From Spongiibacteraceae bacterium (GTDB lineage: Bacteria > Pseudomonadota > Gammaproteobacteria > Pseudomonadales > CAMLJR01): 25,773 nucleotides of DNA. The DNA is taken from positions 1 through 25,773 of the forward strand of contig JBEVMI010000337.1 in the NCBI GenBank assembly GCA_040508685.1, given 5' to 3'. The number at the start of each line of letters is the position of its first letter. The stretch's first letter is position 1. The position numbers and the translations under genes were made by a program. The notes under the pieces were generated by a model. That model worked only from the letters and a program-made list of their open reading frames with translations, made no database searches and was not told where the DNA came from. Below, piece after piece: positions 8,294 to 18,104 of the stretch.

Positions 8294-9847
8294 ATGTCGC
8301 CGCGCGCACAGGTTTTTATCATTGCATTTTTGCTGATCGCCGCCGGCGTCGGCCTGTGCGCGTACAAATCAACGGTGTTGGGTTTTCCGTTGATGCCTGG
8401 CGAATATCGCAAGGTGTGGACGATCGAAGCCAAGGTCGAATTCGACGCCGAAGGCGGCCCGGCGACAGCGTCGCTGGCGCTACCGCGCGTGCAGAAACAT
8501 ATGCGCATCCTTGGCGAAAATTTCAGCGCTGCCGGTTACGGTTTTGAAATCGACGAAAGCGAAGGCGACTATCGCGCGGTGTGGTCGAAGCGCGAAGCCC
8601 ACGGCCTGCAACATCTGTTTTACAAGCTGTCCGTCTATCGCCGCGATCACAGCTCCAGCAAAAGCGGCACGTTGCCGGAGCCGGCTGTCGATCGCGGGCA
8701 GGCCGAAGAATTGCAGCAGACACCGGCGCATTCGGCGATGCTGAGTCTGGTCGAAAACGCACACCAGCTCTCTGCGGACAATCGCGGTTTTGTCGAGCAA
8801 CTGGCGAAGATAATCAATGACACCAATAATGCCGACGCCGTGATGCTGCTCGATTACAGCCGCGAAAAATCGCGCGCATCCGTCATGGTGGATCTGCTGA
8901 CGATCGCAAATTTACCCGCGCATCTGATTCGCGGGCTGTATCTGGAAAGCGAGCGCAAGGCCGTGCAGCCACAGGAGCTGGTCGAAACCTACATCGACGG
9001 CCTGTGGCAGATATTCGATCCCGTCACCGGGGTGTCGGGGCTGCCCGACAATTTTTTCATGTGGCAGCGCGGGGGCCTGTCGCTGCTGGACGTTACCGGC
9101 GGCAGCAACTCCAGCGTTACGTTCAGCATGATCGGCAATAATATTTCGGCGCGTTCGGTGGCTTTGCAGCAAGGCACCAAAGTCGATCAGAGCAAACGCG
9201 AAGCGGTGGCGTTACTCGATTTTTCGATCTACACGCTGCCCATCGAACAGCAGAATATCTTCAAGCTGATCCTGCTGGTGCCGGTCGGTACGCTCGCGGT
9301 CATTCTGCTGCGTGTGCTGGTCGGTTTGCGCACGACGGGCACGTTTATGCCGGTGCTGCTGGCGCTGGCGTTTATTCAAACGCAGTTAATTACCGGGCTG
9401 ACCATTTTTCTGCTGATTCTGGTGCTGGGACTCGGCATTCGCTCCTATCTCAGTCGGCTCAATCTATTGTTGGTATCGCGCATCGCCGCAGTGGTGATCG
9501 TGGTGGTGATGATGATGGCGTTCATCAGTGTCATCAGTTACAAACTCGGCATCGATCAGGCGCTGACCGTCACCTTCTTTCCCATGATCATCCTGGCGTG
9601 GACCATCGAACGCATGTCGATTCTGTGGGAGGAGAGCGGTGCCCGCGAAGTCGTCATCCAGGTTATCGGTACCCTGGTGGTCGCGTCGCTGGCGTTTGCG
9701 CTGATGACCAATCCGTTCATCGAACACTGGACCTTTAATTTTCCCGAGCTGACCTTGTGTTTGCTCGGTTGCGTGCTGCTGCTGGGACAATATTCCGGCT
9801 ATCGCCTCAGCGAGTTGATGCGGTTCCGCCATCTGGAGGGCATCTGA
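8294..9847 (+). CDS. Inactive transglutaminase fused to a 7TM domain
   Basis: N-terminal TM, VWTIEAKVEF, W.IFDP transglutaminase-like strand with no catalytic Cys visible, and C-terminal TM region GLRTTGTFMPVL...FFPMIILAWTIERMSILWEE. Confidence 0.85.
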   Translation: MSPRAQVFIIAFLLIAAGVGLCAYKSTVLGFPLMPGEYRKVWTIEAKVEFDAEGGPATASLALPRVQKHMRILGENFSAAGYGFEIDESEGDYRAVWSKREAHGLQHLFYKLSVYRRDHSSSKSGTLPEPAVDRGQAEELQQTPAHSAMLSLVENAHQLSADNRGFVEQLAKIINDTNNADAVMLLDYSREKSRASVMVDLLTIANLPAHLIRGLYLESERKAVQPQELVETYIDGLWQIFDPVTGVSGLPDNFFMWQRGGLSLLDVTGGSNSSVTFSMIGNNISARSVALQQGTKVDQSKREAVALLDFSIYTLPIEQQNIFKLILLVPVGTLAVILLRVLVGLRTTGTFMPVLLALAFIQTQLITGLTIFLLILVLGLGIRSYLSRLNLLLVSRIAAVVIVVVMMMAFISVISYKLGIDQALTVTFFPMIILAWTIERMSILWEESGAREVVIQVIGTLVVASLAFALMTNPFIEHWTFNFPELTLCLLGCVLLLGQYSGYRLSELMRFRHLEGI

Positions 9848-9848
9848 A

Positions 9849-10856
9849 ATGAATGTGGCCGAAATGTTCTTCGGACATTTCAAACGTGCATTTATCCAAC
9901 CCGGCAAGCTGCGCGATCTCGGCATTCTCGGCATGAACGGGCGCAACGTAAATTACATCGCACGCTACAACCCGCGTCATTTGTATCCGCTGGTCGACAA
10001 TAAACTCAAAACCAAAAAGGCGGCGCATAAGGCGGGTATCGCGACGCCGAAACTGATCGGTTATGTCGAAAGCCTCGGCGAAATCGAGCGGCTGCTGCAC
10101 CGCCTGCAACCGATGAGCGACTTTGTGATCAAGCCGACCCGCGGCTCCGGTGGCAAGGGCATCGTCGTTATTTCGGCGCGCGACGGCGAACTGTTCGTCA
10201 AACCCAGTGGCGCAAAATTAACCGCGCTGGATATCCGTCGTCATATCAGCGACATCATGAGCGGTCTCTACAGTCTCGGCGGCAAACCCGATTCGGTGAT
10301 GATCGAAACGCGTGTCGATTTCGATCCGGTATTCAACGACTACAGCTTCGAAGGTGTGCCGGATATTCGCGTCATCGTGTTTCGCGGGTTTCCGGTGATG
10401 GCGATGTTGCGCTGTTCCACGCACAGCTCCGACGGGCGCGCCAACCTGCATCAGGGTGCCGTCGGTGTTGGTATCGACCTGCGCTCCGGCCGCAGCATTC
10501 ACGCGGTGCAACGCAATAATCCGGTGCGGGTGCATCCGGATACACAAAAGCCGTTCAGCGAACTGCGTGTCCCCAACTGGGAAAAATTGTTGTTGCTCGC
10601 GGCGCAATGCCACGACATGACCGCGCTCGGTTATATCGGCTGCGATATTGTCATCGACAAAAATCTCGGCCCACTGATTCTCGAATTGAATGCGCGGCCG
10701 GGCCTTTCAATTCAGGTCGCCAACGGCGCCGGTTTGTTGCCGCGACTGCAAGCGATTGAAGCGCTCGGCGAAGATGAACTGGCGTGGCCCGCGGAAAAAC
10801 GCGTCGAATATTCGCGCAGCCTGTTTGGACATGCGCGGCCGGTGCGGGTGATGTGA
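9849..10856 (+). CDS. Alpha-L-glutamate ligase-like ATP-grasp protein
   Basis: GILGMNGRN, VDNKLKTK, FVIKPTRGSGGKGI, GVPDIRVIV, ANLHQGAVGVGID, LELNARPGLSIQ. It starts 1 nt after the 7TM gene stop. Confidence 0.9.
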   Translation: MNVAEMFFGHFKRAFIQPGKLRDLGILGMNGRNVNYIARYNPRHLYPLVDNKLKTKKAAHKAGIATPKLIGYVESLGEIERLLHRLQPMSDFVIKPTRGSGGKGIVVISARDGELFVKPSGAKLTALDIRRHISDIMSGLYSLGGKPDSVMIETRVDFDPVFNDYSFEGVPDIRVIVFRGFPVMAMLRCSTHSSDGRANLHQGAVGVGIDLRSGRSIHAVQRNNPVRVHPDTQKPFSELRVPNWEKLLLLAAQCHDMTALGYIGCDIVIDKNLGPLILELNARPGLSIQVANGAGLLPRLQAIEALGEDELAWPAEKRVEYSRSLFGHARPVRVM

Positions 10857-10980
10857 ATGCCGCAGGGCTCGGCTGGGAAACTATGATTCATGACGAGGAA
10901 TATTTTGGCGGGCTGGTAACGTTGATGAACAACGCTATAAATTCCAATTGACGATGAAGTGCATCAAGGAGGAATCGCAA

Positions 10981-11580
10981 ATGGTTACCGTTTATGGAAT
11001 GTCCGCTTCCGGCAACTGCTACAAGGTCAAACTGTTGCTGGAGCAGCTAGATTTGCCATATCAGTGGCAGGAGACAAGTGCGTTTGACGGTGCGACGCAG
11101 TCCGAAACTTTTCTCGCCAAAAATCCCAATGGCAAGGTTCCGTTGCTGGAAATCGACAGCAGCACTTGCCTGCCCGAATCGAATGCCATCCTGGTCTATC
11201 TGGCCGAAGGCTCATCGTTATGGCCGCAGGATCGACTGCAGCGCGCGCAGGTTTTGCAGTGGATGTTCTTCGAGCAGTACAGCCACGAACCCTATATTGC
11301 GGTAGCGCGCGCCATCAATTTATTTCTGCCGGCAGACAGCCCGCGCCGCGCCGAATTGCCGAAACTCCTTGAGCGAGGTTATCAGGCGCTGGCTGTGATG
11401 GAGCAACATCTGCACAGCCGGAAATTCTTCGTCGGAGAAAATTATTCAGTCGCCGATATCGCGTTGTATGCCTACACACATGTCGCTGCCGACGGCGGGT
11501 TTGATTTGTCGAGGTATGTAGCAGTAACGCAATGGCTGCGGCGCGTTGCCGCGCAGCCGGGATATATCGCGATCGGATAA
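10981..11580 (+). CDS. Glutathione S-transferase family protein
   Basis: SGNCYKVKLLL, KNPNGKVPLLE, ESNAILVYLA, WMFFEQYSHEP, YSVADIALYAYTHVA. Strong SD AGGAGG before ATG 10981. Confidence 0.93.
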   Translation: MVTVYGMSASGNCYKVKLLLEQLDLPYQWQETSAFDGATQSETFLAKNPNGKVPLLEIDSSTCLPESNAILVYLAEGSSLWPQDRLQRAQVLQWMFFEQYSHEPYIAVARAINLFLPADSPRRAELPKLLERGYQALAVMEQHLHSRKFFVGENYSVADIALYAYTHVAADGGFDLSRYVAVTQWLRRVAAQPGYIAIG

Positions 11581-11597
11581 ATTGCATGCGCTAAAGT

Positions 11598-12092
11598 CTA
11601 CGCAGGTTGCTGCCAGCGACTCGATCCGGATTGACCGGGGCCGGACGACACCTTGACTTCGACTGCGCAAATATTGCGCGTCCGCGTGAAGTTGCCGTCA
11701 CCGATAAACTGCCCGAGCAGATAACGTGCGAACTCTTCTACGGTGGAGTTGCGGACTGGCAGCAATAAAGTGTCGGATTTCAGCAGGGGGATTTTTTCAT
11801 TATTGAAGTGCACGATATAAAACACCCCGTCTTCTTTTATCTCCAGATGCGGCGAATGCAATGGCAGCAGCGTGTATTCGTCCAATGTCTCGCATAACTC
11901 ACGTATGCGCGTCTTGATTTCCTTGTAACTGAAACAGATCCCGTCATCGCCGACCGGAGCCGTCACCGCCAGCCGCACCGCGAAGTTGTGGCCGTGCAGC
12001 CGCTCGCGTTCGGTTGCTGAAAAAATCGTGAAATGTGCCGCCGAGAACTTGATGTCCTCCTTGCTGATTTCAATGGTAGTCAAATCGGTCAC
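11598..12092 (-). CDS. 6-pyruvoyl-tetrahydropterin synthase family (COG0720), PTPS-III-type ExxHGH motif
   Basis: KFSAAHFTIFS, ERERLHGHNF, NSTVEEFA, V.SGPGQ. Probable GTG start at 12092 (ATG 12125 is an alternative). The ORF-track extension to 12341 runs through the divergent promoter region. Confidence 0.85.
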   Translation of the reverse strand: MTDLTTIEISKEDIKFSAAHFTIFSATERERLHGHNFAVRLAVTAPVGDDGICFSYKEIKTRIRELCETLDEYTLLPLHSPHLEIKEDGVFYIVHFNNEKIPLLKSDTLLLPVRNSTVEEFARYLLGQFIGDGNFTRTRNICAVEVKVSSGPGQSGSSRWQQPA

Positions 12093-12335
12093 AGGAAAAA
12101 TCCATGGTGTCGGTTCTGCTGGCATTAAATAGGGATATATCGAATCTGAAAATATTATGCATCTTGTATGGCGCGGAGATTCGTATCGTAACGCTGCGTC
12201 AAAAAGTGGCGCAACCATAACACGCCGCGCCTCTTTATTGTCCGTCCTGCCAATTCGACCCCCAAAACGGTGCGCGCAACACGAAGGAGCCGCAAAAATC
12301 GCTTGGAAAATCAGGGGTGGTGTTTTTTTTGCGGC

Positions 12336-12351
12336 CGGCACGCCAATTGCT
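12336..12351 (+). promoter_or_regulatory. Sigma54 -24/-12 promoter of the activator gene
   Basis: CGGCACGCCAATTGCT: GG at 12337-38, 10 nt, GC at 12349-50; 144 nt upstream of ATG 12495. Confidence 0.7.
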
Positions 12352-12494
12352 TTTTGCTAAGAATCAAAGCGCCGTAAGTAAGGCGGCTTTGATCGACCGG
12401 ACATCGCCAGCGTTAGTCTGACATGGCCGTATGGCATTGTTGCCTCAGCAATGTGCACGCAAGGATAACGAGCACAAACGGATAAAGGTGTGTC

Positions 12495-14102
12495 ATGACC
12501 CTCCATGCCGAACACCTACAGATCAATGATGCGCTGATTCTGGAGGCGACCCGCCTACTGGCGAGCCCATTGCCCCCCGAGCAGAAACTTACCGCGCTGC
12601 TGCGCCTGCTATCGGAGTGGGCGCATCTGCACTGCGGTCGTGTGTTGATGCCCAACTATGCCACCGGCGAACTCCAGGTGGCATTCTCTTATGGCTTGAA
12701 TCGCGGACGGCTGCAGCGCGGCGAATATTCGGTGCCATTCAATCAGGGCCTCACCGGCGCCGTGTGGCGCACCGGTCAGTTGGCGCTGGTCACCGATGTC
12801 ATGGACGAGCCCATTTTCCTGACCCGAATCGCCGAGCCGCTCAATGGCAAAAAGGCCGGTGTCGGATTTATTTCGGCGCCGATTCTGGTCGAAGGCAAAC
12901 CCATCGGTGTGTTATCGGTGCAGCGTCGTGCCGACGAGAGTCGCCTGTACTCGCAGGATGTCGATTTGCTGCGCGTGATCTCCAGCATGATGACATCAGT
13001 ATTGATGTTACTCGAACAGCGCGGGCAGCTATTCGCCGCAGTACCCGAGGGCAGCAACGACAGCGAGATCGAGCGCCTGCACCAGTTGTGCAAAACCTAC
13101 GGCATCATCGGCCACAGCCCGTCGTTGCTGGCCGCGGTCAAACAAATCGACAACGCGAAATTTTCCGACGCGCCGATTCTATTGCTGGGTGAATCCGGTA
13201 CCGGCAAGGAAATGTTTGCGCAGATGGTGCATCGCCTCAGTGCGCGCAGCAATGGTCCATACATCCCGCTCAACTGCGCAGCGATTCCGGAGCAACTGCT
13301 TGAGTCCGAATTATTTGGTCACGAGAAAGGCAGTTTCACCGGCGCGCACCGCAACAAAAAAGGCAAGCTGCAGCAGGCCAATGACGGTACGTTATTCCTC
13401 GATGAGATCGGCGACCTGCAACTCGATTTACAGGTGAAACTGCTGCGCGTATTGCAGGATCGCCAGGTCGAGCCGGTGGGCGGCGACAAACCCGTCAACG
13501 TGAATTTCCGCATTATCACCGCGACCCATATCAATCTGAAAAAGGCGATCGAAACCGGTCGCTTCCGTCTCGATCTATTCTTCCGCCTGAATGTCGTGCC
13601 GATTTACCTGCCACCATTGCGCGAACGCACCGGCGACATTCCGCTGCTGGTCGATTTTTTCCTGCAGCGTTATCAGGGCATGTATCGCCGCAATCTAAAT
13701 ATGGGCGCGGGCACCATGGATCGGTTGTGTCACTACCCGTGGCCGGGCAACATTCGCCAATTGCAGAATGTTATCGAGCGCGCGGTGCTGCAGGTCGAAG
13801 GCCCGTGGATCAGCGATCGCCAGATCGAACAAATTTTGACGGACGAGGGTGGTTTCCCGCTGGGCACGGTTGAAGCGACCGAAGTGAATCGACCGATGCC
13901 GGATATCCTTCCCGTTTCTGCACCGGTGCCCGCACCGGCAGAGGCGCCGCGTTACCGTCCCTATACCCGTGTCGAACACGGCCAACGCCAGCATATCGAA
14001 CACGCCCTGAAACAGACGGGCGGCAATCAAACCCAGGCAGCGGCATTGCTGGGATTAACCCTGCGGCAACTGCGTTATCGATTGATGAAACTGGCGGATT
14101 GA
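12495..14102 (+). CDS. NifA-like sigma54-dependent activator (GAF-AAA+-HTH)
   Basis: N-terminal GAF domain, GESGTGKE, LNCAAIPEQLLESELFGHEKGSFTGA, FLDEIGDL, WPGNIRQLQNVIER, Fis-type HTH GGNQTQAAALLGLTLRQLRYRL. Confidence 0.92.
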   Translation: MTLHAEHLQINDALILEATRLLASPLPPEQKLTALLRLLSEWAHLHCGRVLMPNYATGELQVAFSYGLNRGRLQRGEYSVPFNQGLTGAVWRTGQLALVTDVMDEPIFLTRIAEPLNGKKAGVGFISAPILVEGKPIGVLSVQRRADESRLYSQDVDLLRVISSMMTSVLMLLEQRGQLFAAVPEGSNDSEIERLHQLCKTYGIIGHSPSLLAAVKQIDNAKFSDAPILLLGESGTGKEMFAQMVHRLSARSNGPYIPLNCAAIPEQLLESELFGHEKGSFTGAHRNKKGKLQQANDGTLFLDEIGDLQLDLQVKLLRVLQDRQVEPVGGDKPVNVNFRIITATHINLKKAIETGRFRLDLFFRLNVVPIYLPPLRERTGDIPLLVDFFLQRYQGMYRRNLNMGAGTMDRLCHYPWPGNIRQLQNVIERAVLQVEGPWISDRQIEQILTDEGGFPLGTVEATEVNRPMPDILPVSAPVPAPAEAPRYRPYTRVEHGQRQHIEHALKQTGGNQTQAAALLGLTLRQLRYRLMKLAD

Positions 14103-14139
14103 TTCAGGCCGCCGCCATTTCGCCCTGCTCGATCGGTGG

Positions 14140-14829
14140 TTAAACCGACAGATACGCCGTAATTTTTTTCGCGTCCACATCCTGCCGCATATCTTCGTGG
14201 ACGAAACGTCCGCGTTCGATGACGAACAATCGATCGGCCACTTCCAGCGTAAAACTCAACACCTGCTCCGATACGATGATGGTGATGTCGCGCATCTTGC
14301 GCAGTTCATTCAGTGCCTTCGCAATATCCTTGATGATCGATGGTTGAATGCCTTCGGTCGGTTCGTCGAGCAACAACACTTTCGGATCGGAGGCGAGTGC
14401 ACGTGCAATCGCAAGTTGTTGCTGCTGGCCGCCGGAGAGGTTGCCGCCTTTGCGTTTGCGCATGTCCCACAGCACCGGAAACAGCGCGTAGATGTCGTCC
14501 GAAATTTTCTTCTCCTTGGCGGTCTCTAATCCGGTCTCGATATTTTCAAGCACCGTCAATGTCGAAAAAATCTGCCGCCCCTGCGGCACGAAAGCAACGC
14601 CGTTGGCGACACGCTTGAAGCTGGGCATGCCGCCGATCTCGGTTTCGCCTACCTTGACACTGCCGTGGCGGCTGGGAATGACGCCCATCAGCGATTTGAA
14701 CAGCGTGGTTTTGCCCATGCCATTGCGGCCCATGATCGCAATCGTTTCCTTCGGTTTTACGCTGAAGGAAATATCGTGAATGATTTCGCTCTGGCCGTAG
14801 TTCACACAGAAATTTTCTACGTTCAGCAT
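14140..14829 (-). CDS. urtE: Urea/short-chain amide ABC transporter ATP-binding subunit UrtE
   Basis: GRNGMGKTT, VPQGRQIF, LSGGQQQQLAIARAL, LLDEPTEGIQPSII. Confidence 0.93.
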   Translation of the reverse strand: MLNVENFCVNYGQSEIIHDISFSVKPKETIAIMGRNGMGKTTLFKSLMGVIPSRHGSVKVGETEIGGMPSFKRVANGVAFVPQGRQIFSTLTVLENIETGLETAKEKKISDDIYALFPVLWDMRKRKGGNLSGGQQQQLAIARALASDPKVLLLDEPTEGIQPSIIKDIAKALNELRKMRDITIIVSEQVLSFTLEVADRLFVIERGRFVHEDMRQDVDAKKITAYLSV

Positions 14830-14904
14830 GATGGCGCCTAACCTCTTGAATGCTCGTCAATGAATGTCGTGCGTGGCCGCGTGATCGATCGACGGACCGC
14901 GTTA

Positions 14905-15693
14905 TTAATGACCGAGGTACACCTCGATCACTTTCGGATCTTTTTGTACCGCTTCCATCGAACCTTCTTTCAGAATTTTGCCCTGGTGCAACACGGTGAC
15001 GCGGTGGGCGATGTTTTTGACGAATTCCATATCGTGTTCGATCACGATCACCGAGCGGTTTTTGCAGATACGTTTCAGCAGCTCGCCGGTGAGTTCGCGC
15101 TCGCGTGCGCTCATGCCGGCGACGGGTTCGTCGAGCATCAGCAACTCGGGGTCCTGAATCAGCAACATGCCGATTTCCAGCCATTGTTTCTGGCCGTGGC
15201 TGAGCAGGCCGGCTTCCGTGCTGAGCAGCTCGTCGAGCATGATTTCCTTGGCAACTTCATTCACGCGCGCAATCACTTCGGCGGTGCGTTTGAACGCCAG
15301 TGCACCAAAAACGGTACGGCCTTTGGGAAACGAAATCTCCAGATTCTCGAACACCGTCAGATTTTCGTAGATCGACGGATTCTGGAATTTACGGCCCACA
15401 CCCGCCTGCACGATTTTATGCTCGGACATCTTGGTCAATTCCTTGTCCTTGAATTTGATGCTGCCGCTGGTCGCCTTGGTTTTGCCGCAGATCAAATCCA
15501 GCACCGTGGTTTTACCGGCGCCGTTGGGACCGATCACGACGCGAATTTCATTCTTGTCGATGTACAGGTTGAGATCGTCGACCGCCTTGAAGCCATCGAA
15601 CGAAACGGTGAGTCCTTCGACCGTCAGCACGAAGTCCCGCTGTAGCGATTTGGTACCGATAAAATCATTGGCAGAGATCGGGGGGGTAGCCAT
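14905..15693 (-). CDS. urtD: Urea/short-chain amide ABC transporter ATP-binding subunit UrtD
   Basis: GPNGAGKTT, GRKFQNPSIYENL, LSHGQKQWLEIGMLL, LDEPVAGM, IEHDM, VIEVYLGH. Confidence 0.93.
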   Translation of the reverse strand: MATPPISANDFIGTKSLQRDFVLTVEGLTVSFDGFKAVDDLNLYIDKNEIRVVIGPNGAGKTTVLDLICGKTKATSGSIKFKDKELTKMSEHKIVQAGVGRKFQNPSIYENLTVFENLEISFPKGRTVFGALAFKRTAEVIARVNEVAKEIMLDELLSTEAGLLSHGQKQWLEIGMLLIQDPELLMLDEPVAGMSARERELTGELLKRICKNRSVIVIEHDMEFVKNIAHRVTVLHQGKILKEGSMEAVQKDPKVIEVYLGH

Positions 15694-15726
15694 GGTCGTT
15701 TACTCTGTTAAGACTAATCGGGTCAG

Positions 15727-16956
15727 TCAGGCCGAAGGGGTGGAGGGCATAATGCGGGAGGGCAGGTCTTTGTCTGGCTCCACTTTTTCAACGGGCTTGC
15801 TGGGGGCGCTCGGCGCCGATGGCGGCGGTGTCGACTTGCCGGCTTTCGCTGCACGCCAGGCCAGGAACTTCGGTTTGACGGTTCCGCTGTAAACCCCGGC
15901 GAGACCATTGGGGAACCCCATCACCACGCCGATGAACAGGACACCCATGAAGATCAGCCACAAGGTCGGGAAACTCTCGGAAAAATAGGTCTTGCCGAAG
16001 TTGACCAGCAGCGTCCCGTACACCGCACCGATGAGCGACATGCGCCCGCCCACGGCGGCATAAATCACCATCTCGATCGACGGAATGATGCCGACGAAGG
16101 AGGGCGACATGAAACCTACCTGCAGCGTGAACATCGCACCGCCGATGGCGGAGATGACGGCGCTGGCGACGAAGATGAATACCTTGAAGTTGGCGACGTC
16201 ATAACCCGAGAAACGGACGCGATCCTCGCGATCGCGCATCGCCAGCATTAGCTTGCCGAGTTTGGAGGCGATGATGGCGCGGCCGACCAGAATTGCAGCC
16301 ACCAGCAATCCGCCGTTGATGTAGTACAAGATGTATTTCGCGCTGTCGGTGCGAATATCCCAGCCCAGCAGCGTGCGCAGATCGGTCATGCCGTTGATGC
16401 CGCCGGTGTAACCCTGTTGGCCGACGATGAGGATGGTAAGAATGGAGGCGACGGCCTGCGTCATGATCGAGAAGTACACGCCGGCAACGCGGCGTTTGAA
16501 CATCGCGACGCCGAGGATGTACGCGAAAATTCCTGCCACGGCCGTCACTGCAATCACGGTGAAGGTGAAGCTGTGAAAGGGCTGCCAGAACCAGGGCAGT
16601 TCGGTAATCTGGTTCCAGTCCATGAAATCCGGAATGCCGGGGGTCGACTGGATTTTGGTGTTCTCGGGATTGGATGCTTCGAGTTTCAGAAACATCGCCA
16701 TGCAATAACCGCCGAGCCCGAAGAAAATGCCCTGGCCCAGGCTGAGAATGCCGCCGTAACCCCAGCACAACACCAGCCCCACTGCGACGAACGCGTAAGT
16801 GAGATATTTGCCGACCAGGTTGAGCCGGAAAATATCCATGCTCAGCGGCATTACGATAAAAATAATCGCGGCGAGGATCGCTAAATTAATTGCTCCCTCG
16901 CGCCCACCCAGCCATTTGCCGAGAACTGAATTCATCGCCAACCTCTCTTGCTTCAT
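15727..16956 (-). CDS. urtC: Urea/short-chain amide ABC transporter permease UrtC
   Basis: WGYGGILSLGQGIFFGLGGY, TPGIPDFMDWN, GVYFSIMTQA, RDREDRVRFSGY. SD GGAGG before ATG 16956; ATG 16935 is an alternative start. Confidence 0.9.
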   Translation of the reverse strand: MKQERLAMNSVLGKWLGGREGAINLAILAAIIFIVMPLSMDIFRLNLVGKYLTYAFVAVGLVLCWGYGGILSLGQGIFFGLGGYCMAMFLKLEASNPENTKIQSTPGIPDFMDWNQITELPWFWQPFHSFTFTVIAVTAVAGIFAYILGVAMFKRRVAGVYFSIMTQAVASILTILIVGQQGYTGGINGMTDLRTLLGWDIRTDSAKYILYYINGGLLVAAILVGRAIIASKLGKLMLAMRDREDRVRFSGYDVANFKVFIFVASAVISAIGGAMFTLQVGFMSPSFVGIIPSIEMVIYAAVGGRMSLIGAVYGTLLVNFGKTYFSESFPTLWLIFMGVLFIGVVMGFPNGLAGVYSGTVKPKFLAWRAAKAGKSTPPPSAPSAPSKPVEKVEPDKDLPSRIMPSTPSA

Positions 16957-17019
16957 TAAGACCTCCCCTCCCCGGCAGGAAGAGGGGACTAGCGAACACC
17001 GTGATCCAAACAATGCGAT

Positions 17020-17940
17020 CTATTTGCGCACACGAATGTTGAACAGACCTTCCGGGCGCGCCATCAGGATGCCGACCACGGCCACCAGCGTGATGACTTT
17101 CGCCATCGAACCGCTGAGGAAGAAGCCGAGAATCGATTGCGCCTGGGCGATCGAGAACGCCGATGCGAACGTGCCGATCAGGCTGCCTGCGCCGCCGAAC
17201 ACGACGACGAGGAAGGTATCGACGATGTACTGCGAACCGCTGGTCGGGCCGGTGGATGCGATCGTGGTGAACGCTGCACCTGCCACGCCGGCAATGCCGC
17301 AGCCGAGCGCGAAAGTCATGCGGTCAACCTTGCCGGTATCGATGCCGACGGCGCCAGCCATTGCCCGATTCTGCGTAGTCGCGCGCACTTTCAAGCCCCA
17401 GCGCGAACGCTGCAGGAAAAAGAACACGGCGCCGGAGAGCACGATGGTGAGGCCCAGCACGAACAGGCCGTTGATCGGAATATCGAGGCCTTCGCGCAAT
17501 GTCCACGATCCCATCAGCCAGTCCGGCAGCACCGCGCTGACTTCACGCGCACCGAATGCCGAGCGGAAAATCTGTTGCATGATCAGGCTCAGGCCCCAGG
17601 TCGCCAGCAGCGTGTCGAGTGGACGTTTGTATAAATATCGGATAATAAAAAACTCGACGAGCCATCCAACCGCAAAGGCGATGAGAAAGGCGGCGATGAC
17701 GGCGAGAAAAAAGTAGCCGTTGAGCAGCACGGGAAATTTTTCCGCGAGCATCGACATGGCGACGGTGCTGTAGGCACCGATCGTAAGAAATTCGCCGTGG
17801 GCCATATTGATGACGCCCATCTGGCCGAAAATAATGGCCAGTCCCAGCGCCATCAACACGAATACCGAAAACAGACTGATGCCGGCGAAGGCCTGCATCG
17901 AAAAATTATCGATTAATTCTGCGGCTGAGTAACCGTCCAT
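17020..17940 (-). CDS. urtB: Urea/short-chain amide ABC transporter permease UrtB
   Basis: LGLAIIFGQMGVINMAHGEF, LYKRPLDTLLATWG, TFALGCGIAGVAG, VDTFLVVVFGG. Confidence 0.92.
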   Translation of the reverse strand: MDGYSAAELIDNFSMQAFAGISLFSVFVLMALGLAIIFGQMGVINMAHGEFLTIGAYSTVAMSMLAEKFPVLLNGYFFLAVIAAFLIAFAVGWLVEFFIIRYLYKRPLDTLLATWGLSLIMQQIFRSAFGAREVSAVLPDWLMGSWTLREGLDIPINGLFVLGLTIVLSGAVFFFLQRSRWGLKVRATTQNRAMAGAVGIDTGKVDRMTFALGCGIAGVAGAAFTTIASTGPTSGSQYIVDTFLVVVFGGAGSLIGTFASAFSIAQAQSILGFFLSGSMAKVITLVAVVGILMARPEGLFNIRVRK

Positions 17941-18010
17941 CTTTAATTCCTCTGGCAGCTACGGTGGTTCCAAAAATATTGCGAAATTTCAAACAGCTCA
18001 GATTGAGCGG

Positions 18011-18104
18011 GTGTCGGGGTTCTCTTGCGGAAACCGTAGGAACAGGATGTTTCTACGGAGTCTCAGGGATGAGGGATGCGTTTTCCGCAAGAGAACCCCG
18101 ATGC
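18011..18104 (-). repeat. Structured palindromic intergenic repeat, copy 2 (between urtA and urtB)
   Basis: Perfect 20-bp inverted repeat 18014-18033/18082-18101 and inner stem 18034-18044/18048-18058. Homologous to 502-625 in the opposite orientation. Confidence 0.85.

Noticed and set aside
11598-12341. queD call and the 247-aa long form
   Set aside because: The catalytic Cys motif is absent, and the N-terminal extension overlaps the divergent promoter region.
12495-14102. Calling the activator nifA
   Set aside because: The architecture is NifA-like, but there are no nif genes or TGT-N10-ACA sites here, and the context points to amide utilisation.
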